Below are positions 23,050 through 30,846 of a stretch of 32,000 nt of DNA, in pieces. Positions within the stretch are counted from its first letter, which is position 1. Each line of letters starts with the position of its first letter. The translations under genes were made by a program, and so were the position numbers. This DNA comes from Candidatus Woesearchaeota archaeon. Lineage in GTDB: Archaea; Nanobdellota; Nanobdellia; Nanobdellales; CAZNIQ01. The notes below the pieces were generated by a model. That model was not told the DNA's origin, made no database searches, and worked only from the letters and a program-made list of their open reading frames with translations. Location of the stretch: the NCBI GenBank assembly GCA_964573185.1, contig CAZNIQ010000005.1, forward strand, positions 439-32,438. Direction: 5' to 3'.

Positions 23050-23451
23050 ATACCTATACCAACAAGCTGTTTCTACATCTTCATTAAAAGATAATAGAGC
23101 TCTTATGCTAAAATAAACGTTATCGGCTTTATATGTTAATTCTCTCCCTACTGCTACGAGGGATGCTGTTAAACTATCTCTGAAAGATAATATATTATCT
23201 TCCGCTTCGTACTTTACTTTCAATCCCAAAGTTCTATCGCTATCTAAAGTCCCATCAATTTCTACATAAAGTTTATTCCCTTTCTTTTGAATTTTGATGT
23301 TCCCCTTTGATTCTAAATATGATGTAATTAGTGAATAAGGGAAATTCTTCATTAAATCTATTGCTAATACCTTAATAAATAATTCGTTTAAGAACAAGTT
23401 TATCAAATCCTCAAGGTTCTTTTTTGTACAATATAGAACTACTGAAGACAT
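23020..23451 (-). CDS. Hypothetical protein (143 aa)
   Basis: An ORF translationally coupled to map by a 4-nt overlap. No family recognised. Confidence 0.45.
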   Translation of the reverse strand: MSSVVLYCTKKNLEDLINLFLNELFIKVLAIDLMKNFPYSLITSYLESKGNIKIQKKGNKLYVEIDGTLDSDRTLGLKVKYEAEDNILSFRDSLTASLVAVGRELTYKADNVYFSIRALLSFNEDVETACWYRYVMKSTGSEK

Positions 23452-23477
23452 TTATATTTTTAGGAAAAGGTATTTAA

Positions 23478-23525
23478 ATGATGACACCACCCGTGACTGA
23501 AGATGATGATATGGGCATTTGCTGA
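23478..23525 (+). ncRNA. C/D-box sRNA (2'-O-methylation guide)
   Basis: ATGATGA(23478-84)-caccacccgtga-CTGA(23497-500)-ag-ATGATGA(23503-09)-tatgggcatttg-CTGA(23522-25). All four boxes are perfect, both guides are 12 nt, and it sits in a 107-nt divergent intergenic spacer with tttatatt about 20 nt upstream. Confidence 0.85.
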
Positions 23526-23558
23526 AATTTTAAATACAAGTTTTAACATTATATAAAA

Positions 23559-24671
23559 ATGAAAGTTACGATTTCTGTTATAAAAGCAGATATCGGTTCT
23601 TTGGTTGGGCATCATGTGGTACATCCGAAACAAGAAGAGGTTGCTAAAAAACTTTTAGAAGAAGCAAAGAAAGAAGGAAAAATTATAGATTATCATGTAA
23701 CGCATGTTGGGGACGATTTAGTTTTAATTATAACACATACGAAAGGAGAAGATAATTCAGAAATACATGGATTGGCTTGGGAGGTATTCAAGGAAGCGGC
23801 GAAAGTAGCAAAGGAATTAAAACTCTATGCTGCAGGGCAGGATTTATTATCTGATACTTTCTCAGGAAATATAAAAGGATTAGGACCAGGTGTTGCTGAA
23901 ATGGAAATTACAGAAAGACCTTCCGAACCAATAATTGTGTTTGCTGCAGATAAAACTGAAGCAGGAGCATGGAATTTGCCCTTGTTCAAAATGTTTGCTG
24001 ATCCTTTCAACACAGCGGGTTTAGTAATTGACCCTTCAATGCACCAAGGATTCAGATTTGAAGTTTGGGATTTAATTGAACACAAAAAAGTGATTTTATC
24101 TTGTCCTGAAGAAATGTATGATCTTTTAGCTTTAATTGGAGCACCTTCAAGATTTGCTATAAAGAGAGTTTATCCTAAGGAAGGTTCACCGATAGATCCT
24201 AATGAGCCTGTAGCTGTAGCATCGACTGAAAGAGTAAATGAGATTGCTGGTAGATATGTTGGAAAAGACGATCCTGTTTTGGTTGTAAGAGCACAGCACG
24301 GATTACCTGCTGTTGGGGAAATACTAGAAGCGTTTTCCGAACCGTGGTTAGTACCCGGTTGGATGAGAGGATCACATTGGGGACCTTTAATGCCTGTACC
24401 TGTTAGATACGCAGCTCCTACTAGATTTGATGGGCCACCAAGGGTAATAGCATTAGGATTTCAATTAAGAAATGGTGAATTAATAGGACCAGAAGATTTA
24501 TTCGATGATCCTGCGTTTGAACATGTAAGAAGAAAAGCGATGGAAATGGCTGATTATATAAGGAAGCATGGACCGTTTGAACCACACAGATTACATTTAC
24601 AAGAGATGGAGTATACAACACTACCAAAGGTATTAGAAAAGTTAAAAGAGAGGTTCCAGCCTATAGAATAA
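23559..24671 (+). CDS. fbp: Fructose-1,6-bisphosphate aldolase/phosphatase (class V FBPase)
   Basis: MKVTISVIKADIGSLVGHH..., GDDLVLIITH, GAWNLPL, RGSHWGPLMPV and the ~370 aa length are hallmarks of the archaeal bifunctional FBP aldolase/phosphatase. Confidence 0.95.
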   Translation: MKVTISVIKADIGSLVGHHVVHPKQEEVAKKLLEEAKKEGKIIDYHVTHVGDDLVLIITHTKGEDNSEIHGLAWEVFKEAAKVAKELKLYAAGQDLLSDTFSGNIKGLGPGVAEMEITERPSEPIIVFAADKTEAGAWNLPLFKMFADPFNTAGLVIDPSMHQGFRFEVWDLIEHKKVILSCPEEMYDLLALIGAPSRFAIKRVYPKEGSPIDPNEPVAVASTERVNEIAGRYVGKDDPVLVVRAQHGLPAVGEILEAFSEPWLVPGWMRGSHWGPLMPVPVRYAAPTRFDGPPRVIALGFQLRNGELIGPEDLFDDPAFEHVRRKAMEMADYIRKHGPFEPHRLHLQEMEYTTLPKVLEKLKERFQPIE

Positions 24672-24685
24672 TTTTTAAATTTTAT
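24672..24685 (+). terminator. Oligo-T tract after fbp (possible archaeal terminator)
   Basis: tttttaaatttta lies immediately after the TAA stop. Confidence 0.3.
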
Positions 24686-24747
24686 TCCTATAATGTGTTT
24701 TCGTATTGGCACAAGGTTAATATATATGTTTAACAATAATATTTAAC

Positions 24748-25239
24748 ATGACTGCTATGCTTAAAATAATTGAAGAAATCTATGGAAAAGAGGTAGCTGA
24801 CATTATAAAATACATTATGGAAAAAAAGGAGGTTTCTATTGATGAGTTAGTTAAGAAGTTCGATTTAGAACCTGCTGAAATAAGAAAAATTCTTTATGCT
24901 CTTGAAAATCTAAACATAATTAAAAGGAGAAGAATAAAAAACGGTTTATATTTGCATTATGATTTTAAGTGGTCTGTAAACACTTCTATGCTTGAAAAGA
25001 TACAAAGAAAAATAGCTGTACAACATTTACAGGAATTGAAAAGAAAGGTTCAAGAATTGCCAGATATTATTTATGAATGTCCGATCTGTGGGGTAAAGGT
25101 ACCTTTCGAAGAAGCATTTGAATATGGATTTAGATGTCCTGAATGTGGAGAAATGCTAGTTCAAAAGGAAAATGAAGAAAAGAGGAGATTAATTGAAAAA
25201 ATAAAAAGATTAGAAGAGGAGCTTGGAATTAGATCTTAG
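24748..25239 (+). CDS. tfe: Transcription factor E, alpha subunit (TFIIE-alpha homologue)
   Basis: N-terminal winged helix (VADIIKYIMEKKEVSIDELVKKFDLEPAEIRKILYALENLNIIKRRR) plus zinc ribbon YECPICG...FRCPECGEML. 163 aa. Confidence 0.8.
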   Translation: MTAMLKIIEEIYGKEVADIIKYIMEKKEVSIDELVKKFDLEPAEIRKILYALENLNIIKRRRIKNGLYLHYDFKWSVNTSMLEKIQRKIAVQHLQELKRKVQELPDIIYECPICGVKVPFEEAFEYGFRCPECGEMLVQKENEEKRRLIEKIKRLEEELGIRS

Positions 25240-25879
25240 ATTTTTAAGACAGAAAAATCTAGTTGATCAGAAAAAACTGGAAAGGTTAAAAGTTTGTATA
25301 GTAGGCTTGGGTGGCTTGGGATCCTTCGTTTCTTTAGAATTAGCTTATTTAGGAATAAATAACTTAATATTAATTGATAAGGATATAGTAGATATTTCAA
25401 ACTTAAATAGGCAAGTATTGTACGGTATAAAAGATATTGGTAAGAAAAAAGTTTATGTAGCTAAAGAAGAGCTAGAAAGAAGATTTCCAAATTTAAATAT
25501 AGAAATTTACGATAAAGATATTAAGGAAATAAATGAATTGAGTTGTGATATTATTTTTGACTGTCTAGATAACTGGAAAGATAAATTTTACTTGGACAAC
25601 CTAGCACATAAATTAGATATTCCGTTAATTCATGGAGGAGTTAGGGATTTCAAGGGACAAGTTTATTTCCACATTCCAAACAAGAATCCTTGTTTAAAAG
25701 ATTTGATTAAAATAAAAGGAGAGGAAAATAATGATACTATTGTATCTGCTTGTGGTTTAGTAGCTTCTCTAATGGTACAATTATTAGTTTTGTATTTAAA
25801 TGGGGAAGAAGTTTGGAAATATTTGTATCTTATAAGAAAAGATGAAATTAAAAAGATTAAAGTTAAAGAAATAAAATGA
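25223..25879 (+). CDS. Minimal E1-like adenylyltransferase (ThiF/MoeB/UbaA family), TTG start
   Basis: RFLRQ..., KVCIVGLGGLGSFVSLELAYLGINNLILIDKDIVDISNLNRQVLY (GxGxxG plus NLNRQ). At 218 aa it has no CxxC zinc motifs and no rhodanese domain. The only possible start in the open frame is TTG 25223, which overlaps tfe by 17 nt. Confidence 0.8.
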   Translation: MELDLRFLRQKNLVDQKKLERLKVCIVGLGGLGSFVSLELAYLGINNLILIDKDIVDISNLNRQVLYGIKDIGKKKVYVAKEELERRFPNLNIEIYDKDIKEINELSCDIIFDCLDNWKDKFYLDNLAHKLDIPLIHGGVRDFKGQVYFHIPNKNPCLKDLIKIKGEENNDTIVSACGLVASLMVQLLVLYLNGEEVWKYLYLIRKDEIKKIKVKEIK

Positions 25880-26079
25880 AAATAAAAGTTTATATTGAAA
25901 GAGAGGATAAAGAAATGGAAATAGAGTTTAATGGTAAGACTGTAAAAGATTTATTAGAATACTTGAAACTTCCCTCTTCAGAGTTTGTTGTAATGAAAAA
26001 TGGGGAAATAGTTACGGAAGACGAAGAATTAAAAGACGGAGATTATATAAAAATAATAGATGTTGTTTCTGGCGGCTAA
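25876..26079 (+). CDS. Ubiquitin-like beta-grasp protein ending in Gly-Gly (SAMP/ThiS/MoaD-like)
   Basis: 67 aa with C-terminus ...DGDYIKIIDVVSGG-stop. ATGA overlap with the E1-like gene. Confidence 0.75.
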   Translation: MKIKVYIEREDKEMEIEFNGKTVKDLLEYLKLPSSEFVVMKNGEIVTEDEELKDGDYIKIIDVVSGG

Positions 26080-26918
26080 AATTCTATTTCTATAGGAACA
26101 TTAAAACCCTCTTTTTCTACATTTAAGCCAGATAGTATTGAAGCAAATAAACCCGAAGATTCAATAGGAAATCCTTTATATCTCATACAAACGTATGTTG
26201 CCGTATAGATATCTCCAGAACCTGTAGGGTCTGTAATTTTCCTTGGCTTAAATACCGGTATTTTATATACTTTGTTTTCAGAAATTATTATAGAACCTTT
26301 TGATCCTAAAGTTATTAAAAGTTCCTTTACATATTTTGCTATTTTTTTGCCACCTTCTATTATATCCTTTTCTCCCGATAGTATTCTTATTTCTTCTTCA
26401 TTAGTTTTCAAAATATCTATGTATTCTAAAAAAGATAAATCCTTTAATGGTCTTAAAACAACCCTACTTCCTTCCAGGTGCCTCAAATGACCTTGAATAT
26501 CTAAAACAACAATGTTATCTTCTCTCTTTATTTTTTCATAAATTTCTAAAGGAATATCTGTATTTAACAAAGGACCAAAATAGTATATCTTTGCTTTAAC
26601 ATTAATATCCTTTATATCAAAAGGATCGGAAATTTCTGTTACTTCTTGAATTCTTTCGTCAACATTTTCCTTATATATATTTTTAAATGTCATTGTACCT
26701 TTAGATTCTTTCCAAAAAACATCTATCCCTTTTTCTTTTAATTCTTCAATTAAATATTTATCTTCTTCTTTTGTTTTAGTTATAACACAAACTTTTAAAT
26801 TAAATTTCTTAGCTGTTAAGGAAGAATAATATACAACACCTCCTGTTTTTTGAACAACTTTTTCCTTTGTTACAATTATATCTTTTGTTATTGGGCCTAT
26901 AATACATATGTCGTACAT
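26076..26918 (-). CDS. PfkB-family (ribokinase-like) sugar/nucleoside kinase
   Basis: N-terminal ICIIGPITKDIIV...GGVVYYS and C-terminal DPTGSGDIYTATYV (the DxTGAGD motif). Confidence 0.8.
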   Translation of the reverse strand: MYDICIIGPITKDIIVTKEKVVQKTGGVVYYSSLTAKKFNLKVCVITKTKEEDKYLIEELKEKGIDVFWKESKGTMTFKNIYKENVDERIQEVTEISDPFDIKDINVKAKIYYFGPLLNTDIPLEIYEKIKREDNIVVLDIQGHLRHLEGSRVVLRPLKDLSFLEYIDILKTNEEEIRILSGEKDIIEGGKKIAKYVKELLITLGSKGSIIISENKVYKIPVFKPRKITDPTGSGDIYTATYVCMRYKGFPIESSGLFASILSGLNVEKEGFNVPIEIEF

Positions 26919-28264
26919 TTTATTTTCTTAGAGTATTTTCTTATAAGTATTTTTGCATTCTTTATTTCTAGATCTGCTTCTTTATTTTTTAAATAAAGCA
27001 ATCCATAGTTAAATCTCACATCTTTAAAGTATATAACTATTCTTTCAATTTTTACCAAGAAATTTACAATATCGTCCTTCTTTATTTTATATTGATCAAA
27101 AACTTTATTATCTATTATATGTTGAAACGTTACATAATTTTTATCTAGGATTAATTTATATTCATGGTTGTCAACTCTCAAAGACAAAGAACCGTTGTTT
27201 GTTTTTAAAGATATTATATATCCTGAAATAGAGATATATTTTGTCTTATAAATATATCCATCGTCCGGTAAAAACCAAAAGATGGTTGGATCTTTATTGT
27301 CTATGTCAAACCCTTCATTCGTTAAACCTTTAGGAGTATAAATTCTATTTATTACGTTAAAAGTTCTAGTTTCTATTACATCTATTCTATTTTGATACTG
27401 CGCAGTACCGTATATCTTACCGTAAGAGTAATCACAATCCTGTATAGGACCCCATCCCTTTTTCTCTACAGATTTAATGAACCTTCCATCTAAAGAATAA
27501 ATATATAGTTTTTCGGCGTCCCAGTTAAACAAATACAATCTTTTTTTATCAGCTGCTATTGAACCGATATGGTCTGGAACTTCTATAAATTTCTCATATG
27601 ATAAATCAGGATATACTTTTAGAATTATCGTAGGTTTTTCTACTTTAGGTTTATATTCTGCAATTGCAACATAAAAGAATTTATTACTCTTATCATCTGA
27701 TATTCCAGACACATGATATCTTGTATCAAATTTTAATTTCAATTTTCCTTCAATCTCATAATTCTTTAAATTAAATTTAAAGATATAAGAACATTTTTTC
27801 TCCCTATCAACAGTAGCTATAAATAAATAATCTCCTAATCTAACCAAGCTTTGATTATGTCCGTACTCCCAAGGGATTTTCTCCAATATTTCTATTTTAC
27901 TTCCAAAAAACAATTTTCTTTTATATTCTTTAAATTCTCCATATTCCAAAAAAGATTTAGTTTCAGAAATTTTCTCAGTTACAAATACTGTTAACTTTTC
28001 CTTAGCAGTAATCTTTCTTAGTTTAACAATAATCTTTCTTCCGTTCCAATTTTTAAAATCAACGGGTTCTTTATTAAAATATTCGAAAGGAACAATGTTT
28101 CCGTATTCATCTATAAGGCTTATTTCCCTTTTACCATATTTCTTAATTATTTTAGAAATGTCTGTTAATACTTCTATATCTGTTTGATCGTATCTTCCAG
28201 TATTTTTGAACTCCAAGACCCCATATACTTTTACATACTTGTCTTTATATTTTAAAAAAATCAT
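26897..28264 (-). CDS. Hypothetical beta-rich protein (possible beta-propeller plus C-terminal beta-sandwich)
   Basis: ATG 28264 forms an ATGA overlap with the upstream transporter stop. The tracked start at 28318 would overlap that gene by 58 nt. Repeated blade-like segments are seen (YLFIATVD, FFYVAIAE, RLYLFNWD, KIYGTAQ). The 3' end overlaps the PfkB start by 22 nt. Confidence 0.5.
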   Translation of the reverse strand: MIFLKYKDKYVKVYGVLEFKNTGRYDQTDIEVLTDISKIIKKYGKREISLIDEYGNIVPFEYFNKEPVDFKNWNGRKIIVKLRKITAKEKLTVFVTEKISETKSFLEYGEFKEYKRKLFFGSKIEILEKIPWEYGHNQSLVRLGDYLFIATVDREKKCSYIFKFNLKNYEIEGKLKLKFDTRYHVSGISDDKSNKFFYVAIAEYKPKVEKPTIILKVYPDLSYEKFIEVPDHIGSIAADKKRLYLFNWDAEKLYIYSLDGRFIKSVEKKGWGPIQDCDYSYGKIYGTAQYQNRIDVIETRTFNVINRIYTPKGLTNEGFDIDNKDPTIFWFLPDDGYIYKTKYISISGYIISLKTNNGSLSLRVDNHEYKLILDKNYVTFQHIIDNKVFDQYKIKKDDIVNFLVKIERIVIYFKDVRFNYGLLYLKNKEADLEIKNAKILIRKYSKKIKCTTYVL

Positions 28265-28677
28265 GATAAAAGAATTGCTGCCGCTACAACTAGTATAGAT
28301 GCCAAAATGACTTTCCAAATTTCTACAGATTCGTGGAATAAAAGTATTGATAAAATTACAACAAGCAAGGTGTTCATATTATATATTGGTGCCATTATTG
28401 ATAGATTTAAACCTTTTCTTAAAGCATAATTGACGGCAAAGACACCTAAAAACCAAAGGACCCCGGAGATAAAAGCTAAGAAAGCATTTTTTATATTAAA
28501 ATTTGTTATCGTTTCTTTTAGGAATAGAAAAGTTAATATTGAAGAAATAAATATTCCTAAGCCCATAAATAATATTGCGAGCTTTAATTCAGCTTCCTTT
28601 AGAACAGCTTTCAGGAGAATAACGTACAAAGACCAAGCTAGCATAGCAATACTACCATAAATTATCTCCTCTTTCAT
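28261..28677 (-). CDS. Half-size EamA/DMT-superfamily membrane transporter
   Basis: 138 aa, 4-5 TM helices, C-terminal LLFHESVEIWKVILASILVVAAAILL typical of an EamA repeat. Confidence 0.6.
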   Translation of the reverse strand: MKEEIIYGSIAMLAWSLYVILLKAVLKEAELKLAILFMGLGIFISSILTFLFLKETITNFNIKNAFLAFISGVLWFLGVFAVNYALRKGLNLSIMAPIYNMNTLLVVILSILLFHESVEIWKVILASILVVAAAILLS

Positions 28678-28712
28678 AAATTTAATTTAGGATTTTAAAT
28701 TATAAAAAAATA

Positions 28713-29213
28713 ATGGAACTTCCAATTGTTCTTGGCTGGAAGCCCAATAAGTATATAAGAATAGATAAGTTGCCACCTTTAAAAGGGAAATTCGCAATAC
28801 ATTTCCACTTAGAGGAGTCCAAAGACAAAGCACATGTTAAATTAGAATATGGAAATACAGATTACTGCTTATCTTTGTTTATTTTCGATATAAGGAAGTT
28901 TTATAAAAATGAGGATGTTAGAGTAAGGTCTTATGACCTTTGGCCAAAGGAAATTATGTTTAATGCTTCAATAGGTAAATATGATCCTGAAACTGGAGAA
29001 ATTGAAATCATAGAGAAAAGGAAAGGTTATAGAGACGATGCTATTATTGTTGATTGGGGAAACTATAAATTAGAAAACGCTATTATTGAATTCGATTTTG
29101 AAACAAGAGAATTAAAGTTAAAATATAAGATAGAGTTTTATAGAGAAGTCAGATATTATTCCCCAAAGTATGGATATTCTGTAAGATCAGAATATATATT
29201 TAGAAAGGTTTAA
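28713..29213 (+). CDS. Hypothetical all-beta protein (166 aa)
   Basis: A clean ORF with an AT-rich promoter-like spacer upstream. No family recognised. Confidence 0.45.
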   Translation: MELPIVLGWKPNKYIRIDKLPPLKGKFAIHFHLEESKDKAHVKLEYGNTDYCLSLFIFDIRKFYKNEDVRVRSYDLWPKEIMFNASIGKYDPETGEIEIIEKRKGYRDDAIIVDWGNYKLENAIIEFDFETRELKLKYKIEFYREVRYYSPKYGYSVRSEYIFRKV

Positions 29214-29238
29214 TAATTTAGGAAAATAGTTTATTTTT

Positions 29239-29955
29239 ATGTTATTATCTAAAGAAAAATTTGTATTAGCTGGTATTTTAAGCATAGTTCTCGTTTATAC
29301 GGTTTTTGCATCAATAAATATTATTGGAACATTATATGTAAGTGAAATATGTTTGAATGGAAAGTGCATACAGGATTGGAAAAATATAACACATCCATTA
29401 GAAAAGAAAATCAATGAATTGAGCAGAAAAATAGAGGAATTAAATAAATCCGTTAGAAAGATAAATATTATTTTAGAACAGGGGACAGGACTTGCTATTC
29501 TTAAATCCTGGGATCAATGTTATGATGGGAAATATGTAAGATCACCCTATTGTGTTGGAGCGGTACCTCCTGTGTGCAGTCCTTATGCGATGTTAGATTT
29601 AGGAAGCATAAAGCATATTACTAAAATAAGAATTGTTGCTTCAGCAGGGAATAACTGCTGCTGTGGTTTCTGTATAGACATGTGCCCAACAGGGTATAAT
29701 CAAGGAGGTTATGTTCCAATAGCAATAATGTACTCTACTGATGGTAAGAATTGGAAATACGTTCCTGTACTAAGTATTACTGGAGGTGGGAGGAAATGCT
29801 TTGAAGGACAAGTGCAGACAGTCCCTTGCTGTGAATTCAAAGAAATAAACATCACCACAGATATATACGCAAGATATATAATAGTTGGAAGAGGAAGTGG
29901 ATGGGGTCCTGCTAGAGGAGAAGTATTAATAGACTGTGTCCAAGCTCTCTCCTAA
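29239..29955 (+). CDS. Membrane-anchored Cys-rich protein with discoidin/galactose-binding-like C-terminal domain
   Basis: N-terminal TM (FVLAGILSIVLVYTVFASINII), a short coiled coil, then about 150 aa with about 15 Cys including CCCGFCIDMC and PCC. The strand pattern ITKIRIVAS / IMYSTDGKNWKYV / ARYIIV resembles F5/8 type C domains. Confidence 0.5.
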   Translation: MLLSKEKFVLAGILSIVLVYTVFASINIIGTLYVSEICLNGKCIQDWKNITHPLEKKINELSRKIEELNKSVRKINIILEQGTGLAILKSWDQCYDGKYVRSPYCVGAVPPVCSPYAMLDLGSIKHITKIRIVASAGNNCCCGFCIDMCPTGYNQGGYVPIAIMYSTDGKNWKYVPVLSITGGGRKCFEGQVQTVPCCEFKEINITTDIYARYIIVGRGSGWGPARGEVLIDCVQALS

Positions 29956-30442
29956 AACCTTCATATTTTTGATACTTCTGATTATTTTTATACTTTATAT
30001 AGTCTTTAAACCGAAAATTATTGAAAATAGATATTTTAAGATAGTTTATGGGAAAAATGATTTATCTAAATTAGCAAAAGAAAAAAATTGTATTTTTATA
30101 AAGAAATATGATCTCGTGGCTTGTAGCAAAAACAACCAAACAATATATTACTTTAAAGACCGTACGATGTATATTAAAAACTTTCCAGAAATACCAGATA
30201 ACATAGAAAAAGTATTAATTAAATATGGAAAAATTTTATTTGCTTACAAAGAATGGGCAAGTACTATAAAGATCAAATATCTAAACTTAAACAAAACTGC
30301 TATATTAAAAAAGATGGCTTTGGATATAATCGATATAAACAAGATGAAAAATTGTACTGTAATAATAGTATCTTTAAAAGAAAAATATGGAAAGCTTTTA
30401 GAGATAAATGAATGCAATAAAACCTTAACTTTAGTAACTTAA
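29936..30442 (+). CDS. Hypothetical N-terminally anchored protein (GTG start)
   Basis: Signal-anchor TFIFLILLIIFILYIVF, and no in-frame ATG before residue 78. Overlaps the previous gene by 20 nt. Confidence 0.4.
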   Translation: MSKLSPKTFIFLILLIIFILYIVFKPKIIENRYFKIVYGKNDLSKLAKEKNCIFIKKYDLVACSKNNQTIYYFKDRTMYIKNFPEIPDNIEKVLIKYGKILFAYKEWASTIKIKYLNLNKTAILKKMALDIIDINKMKNCTVIIVSLKEKYGKLLEINECNKTLTLVT

Positions 30443-30736
30443 CTCCTCAAGTAGCTCTATCAAGGTTCTAATCTGTTCTCTTGTTAGATATCTTATTTTT
30501 ACATCTTCTTTTACCTCAAATATTATTCTTTCTATTGGTGATTCATCAGAAAATTTTGCTTTTAAAATATAGGACTCTCCTTCCATAGCTATCTCTATTC
30601 TTATTGGTCTGTACTTTTGCAGAATTTCATAAACTTTTTTATCCAATTTTTCTTTAGAATATTCTACTAACGCTCTATAGACATTAAATAACGCTTCAGC
30701 AGAGGTCTTAAGTATATATTTTATATCTTCTGACAT
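30431..30736 (-). CDS. Hypothetical protein (101 aa)
   Basis: A clean ORF with no recognised family. Confidence 0.45.
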   Translation of the reverse strand: MSEDIKYILKTSAEALFNVYRALVEYSKEKLDKKVYEILQKYRPIRIEIAMEGESYILKAKFSDESPIERIIFEVKEDVKIRYLTREQIRTLIELLEELSY

Positions 30737-30769
30737 GTTCCTAGAAAAAGTGAAATCTTTAAAAGTTTT

Positions 30770-30817
30770 TCAGAACGCTTGCCCATCATCATTCTCAGAT
30801 AGGACGGCCTTCATCAT
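30770..30817 (-). ncRNA. C/D-box sRNA whose D' guide is complementary to the 5S rRNA of this window
   Basis: The minus strand reads ATGATGA(30817-11)-aggccgtcctat-CTGA(30798-95)-ga-ATGATGA(30792-86)-tgggcaagcgtt-CTGA(30773-70). Its architecture is identical to the sRNA at 23478. The guide core ggccgtccta equals plus-strand 13846-13855, so it is antisense to the 5S RNA. Confidence 0.85.
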
Positions 30818-30846
30818 TAAAAATAGTTTTGAATTAAAGATAAAAT

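Noticed and set aside
23485-23496. Similarity of the sRNA guide caccacccgtga to the tRNA-Gly (cccgtgac) and the 5S rRNA (cacccgt)
   Set aside because: The similarity is in the same sense as those RNAs rather than antisense, so it cannot guide methylation of them.
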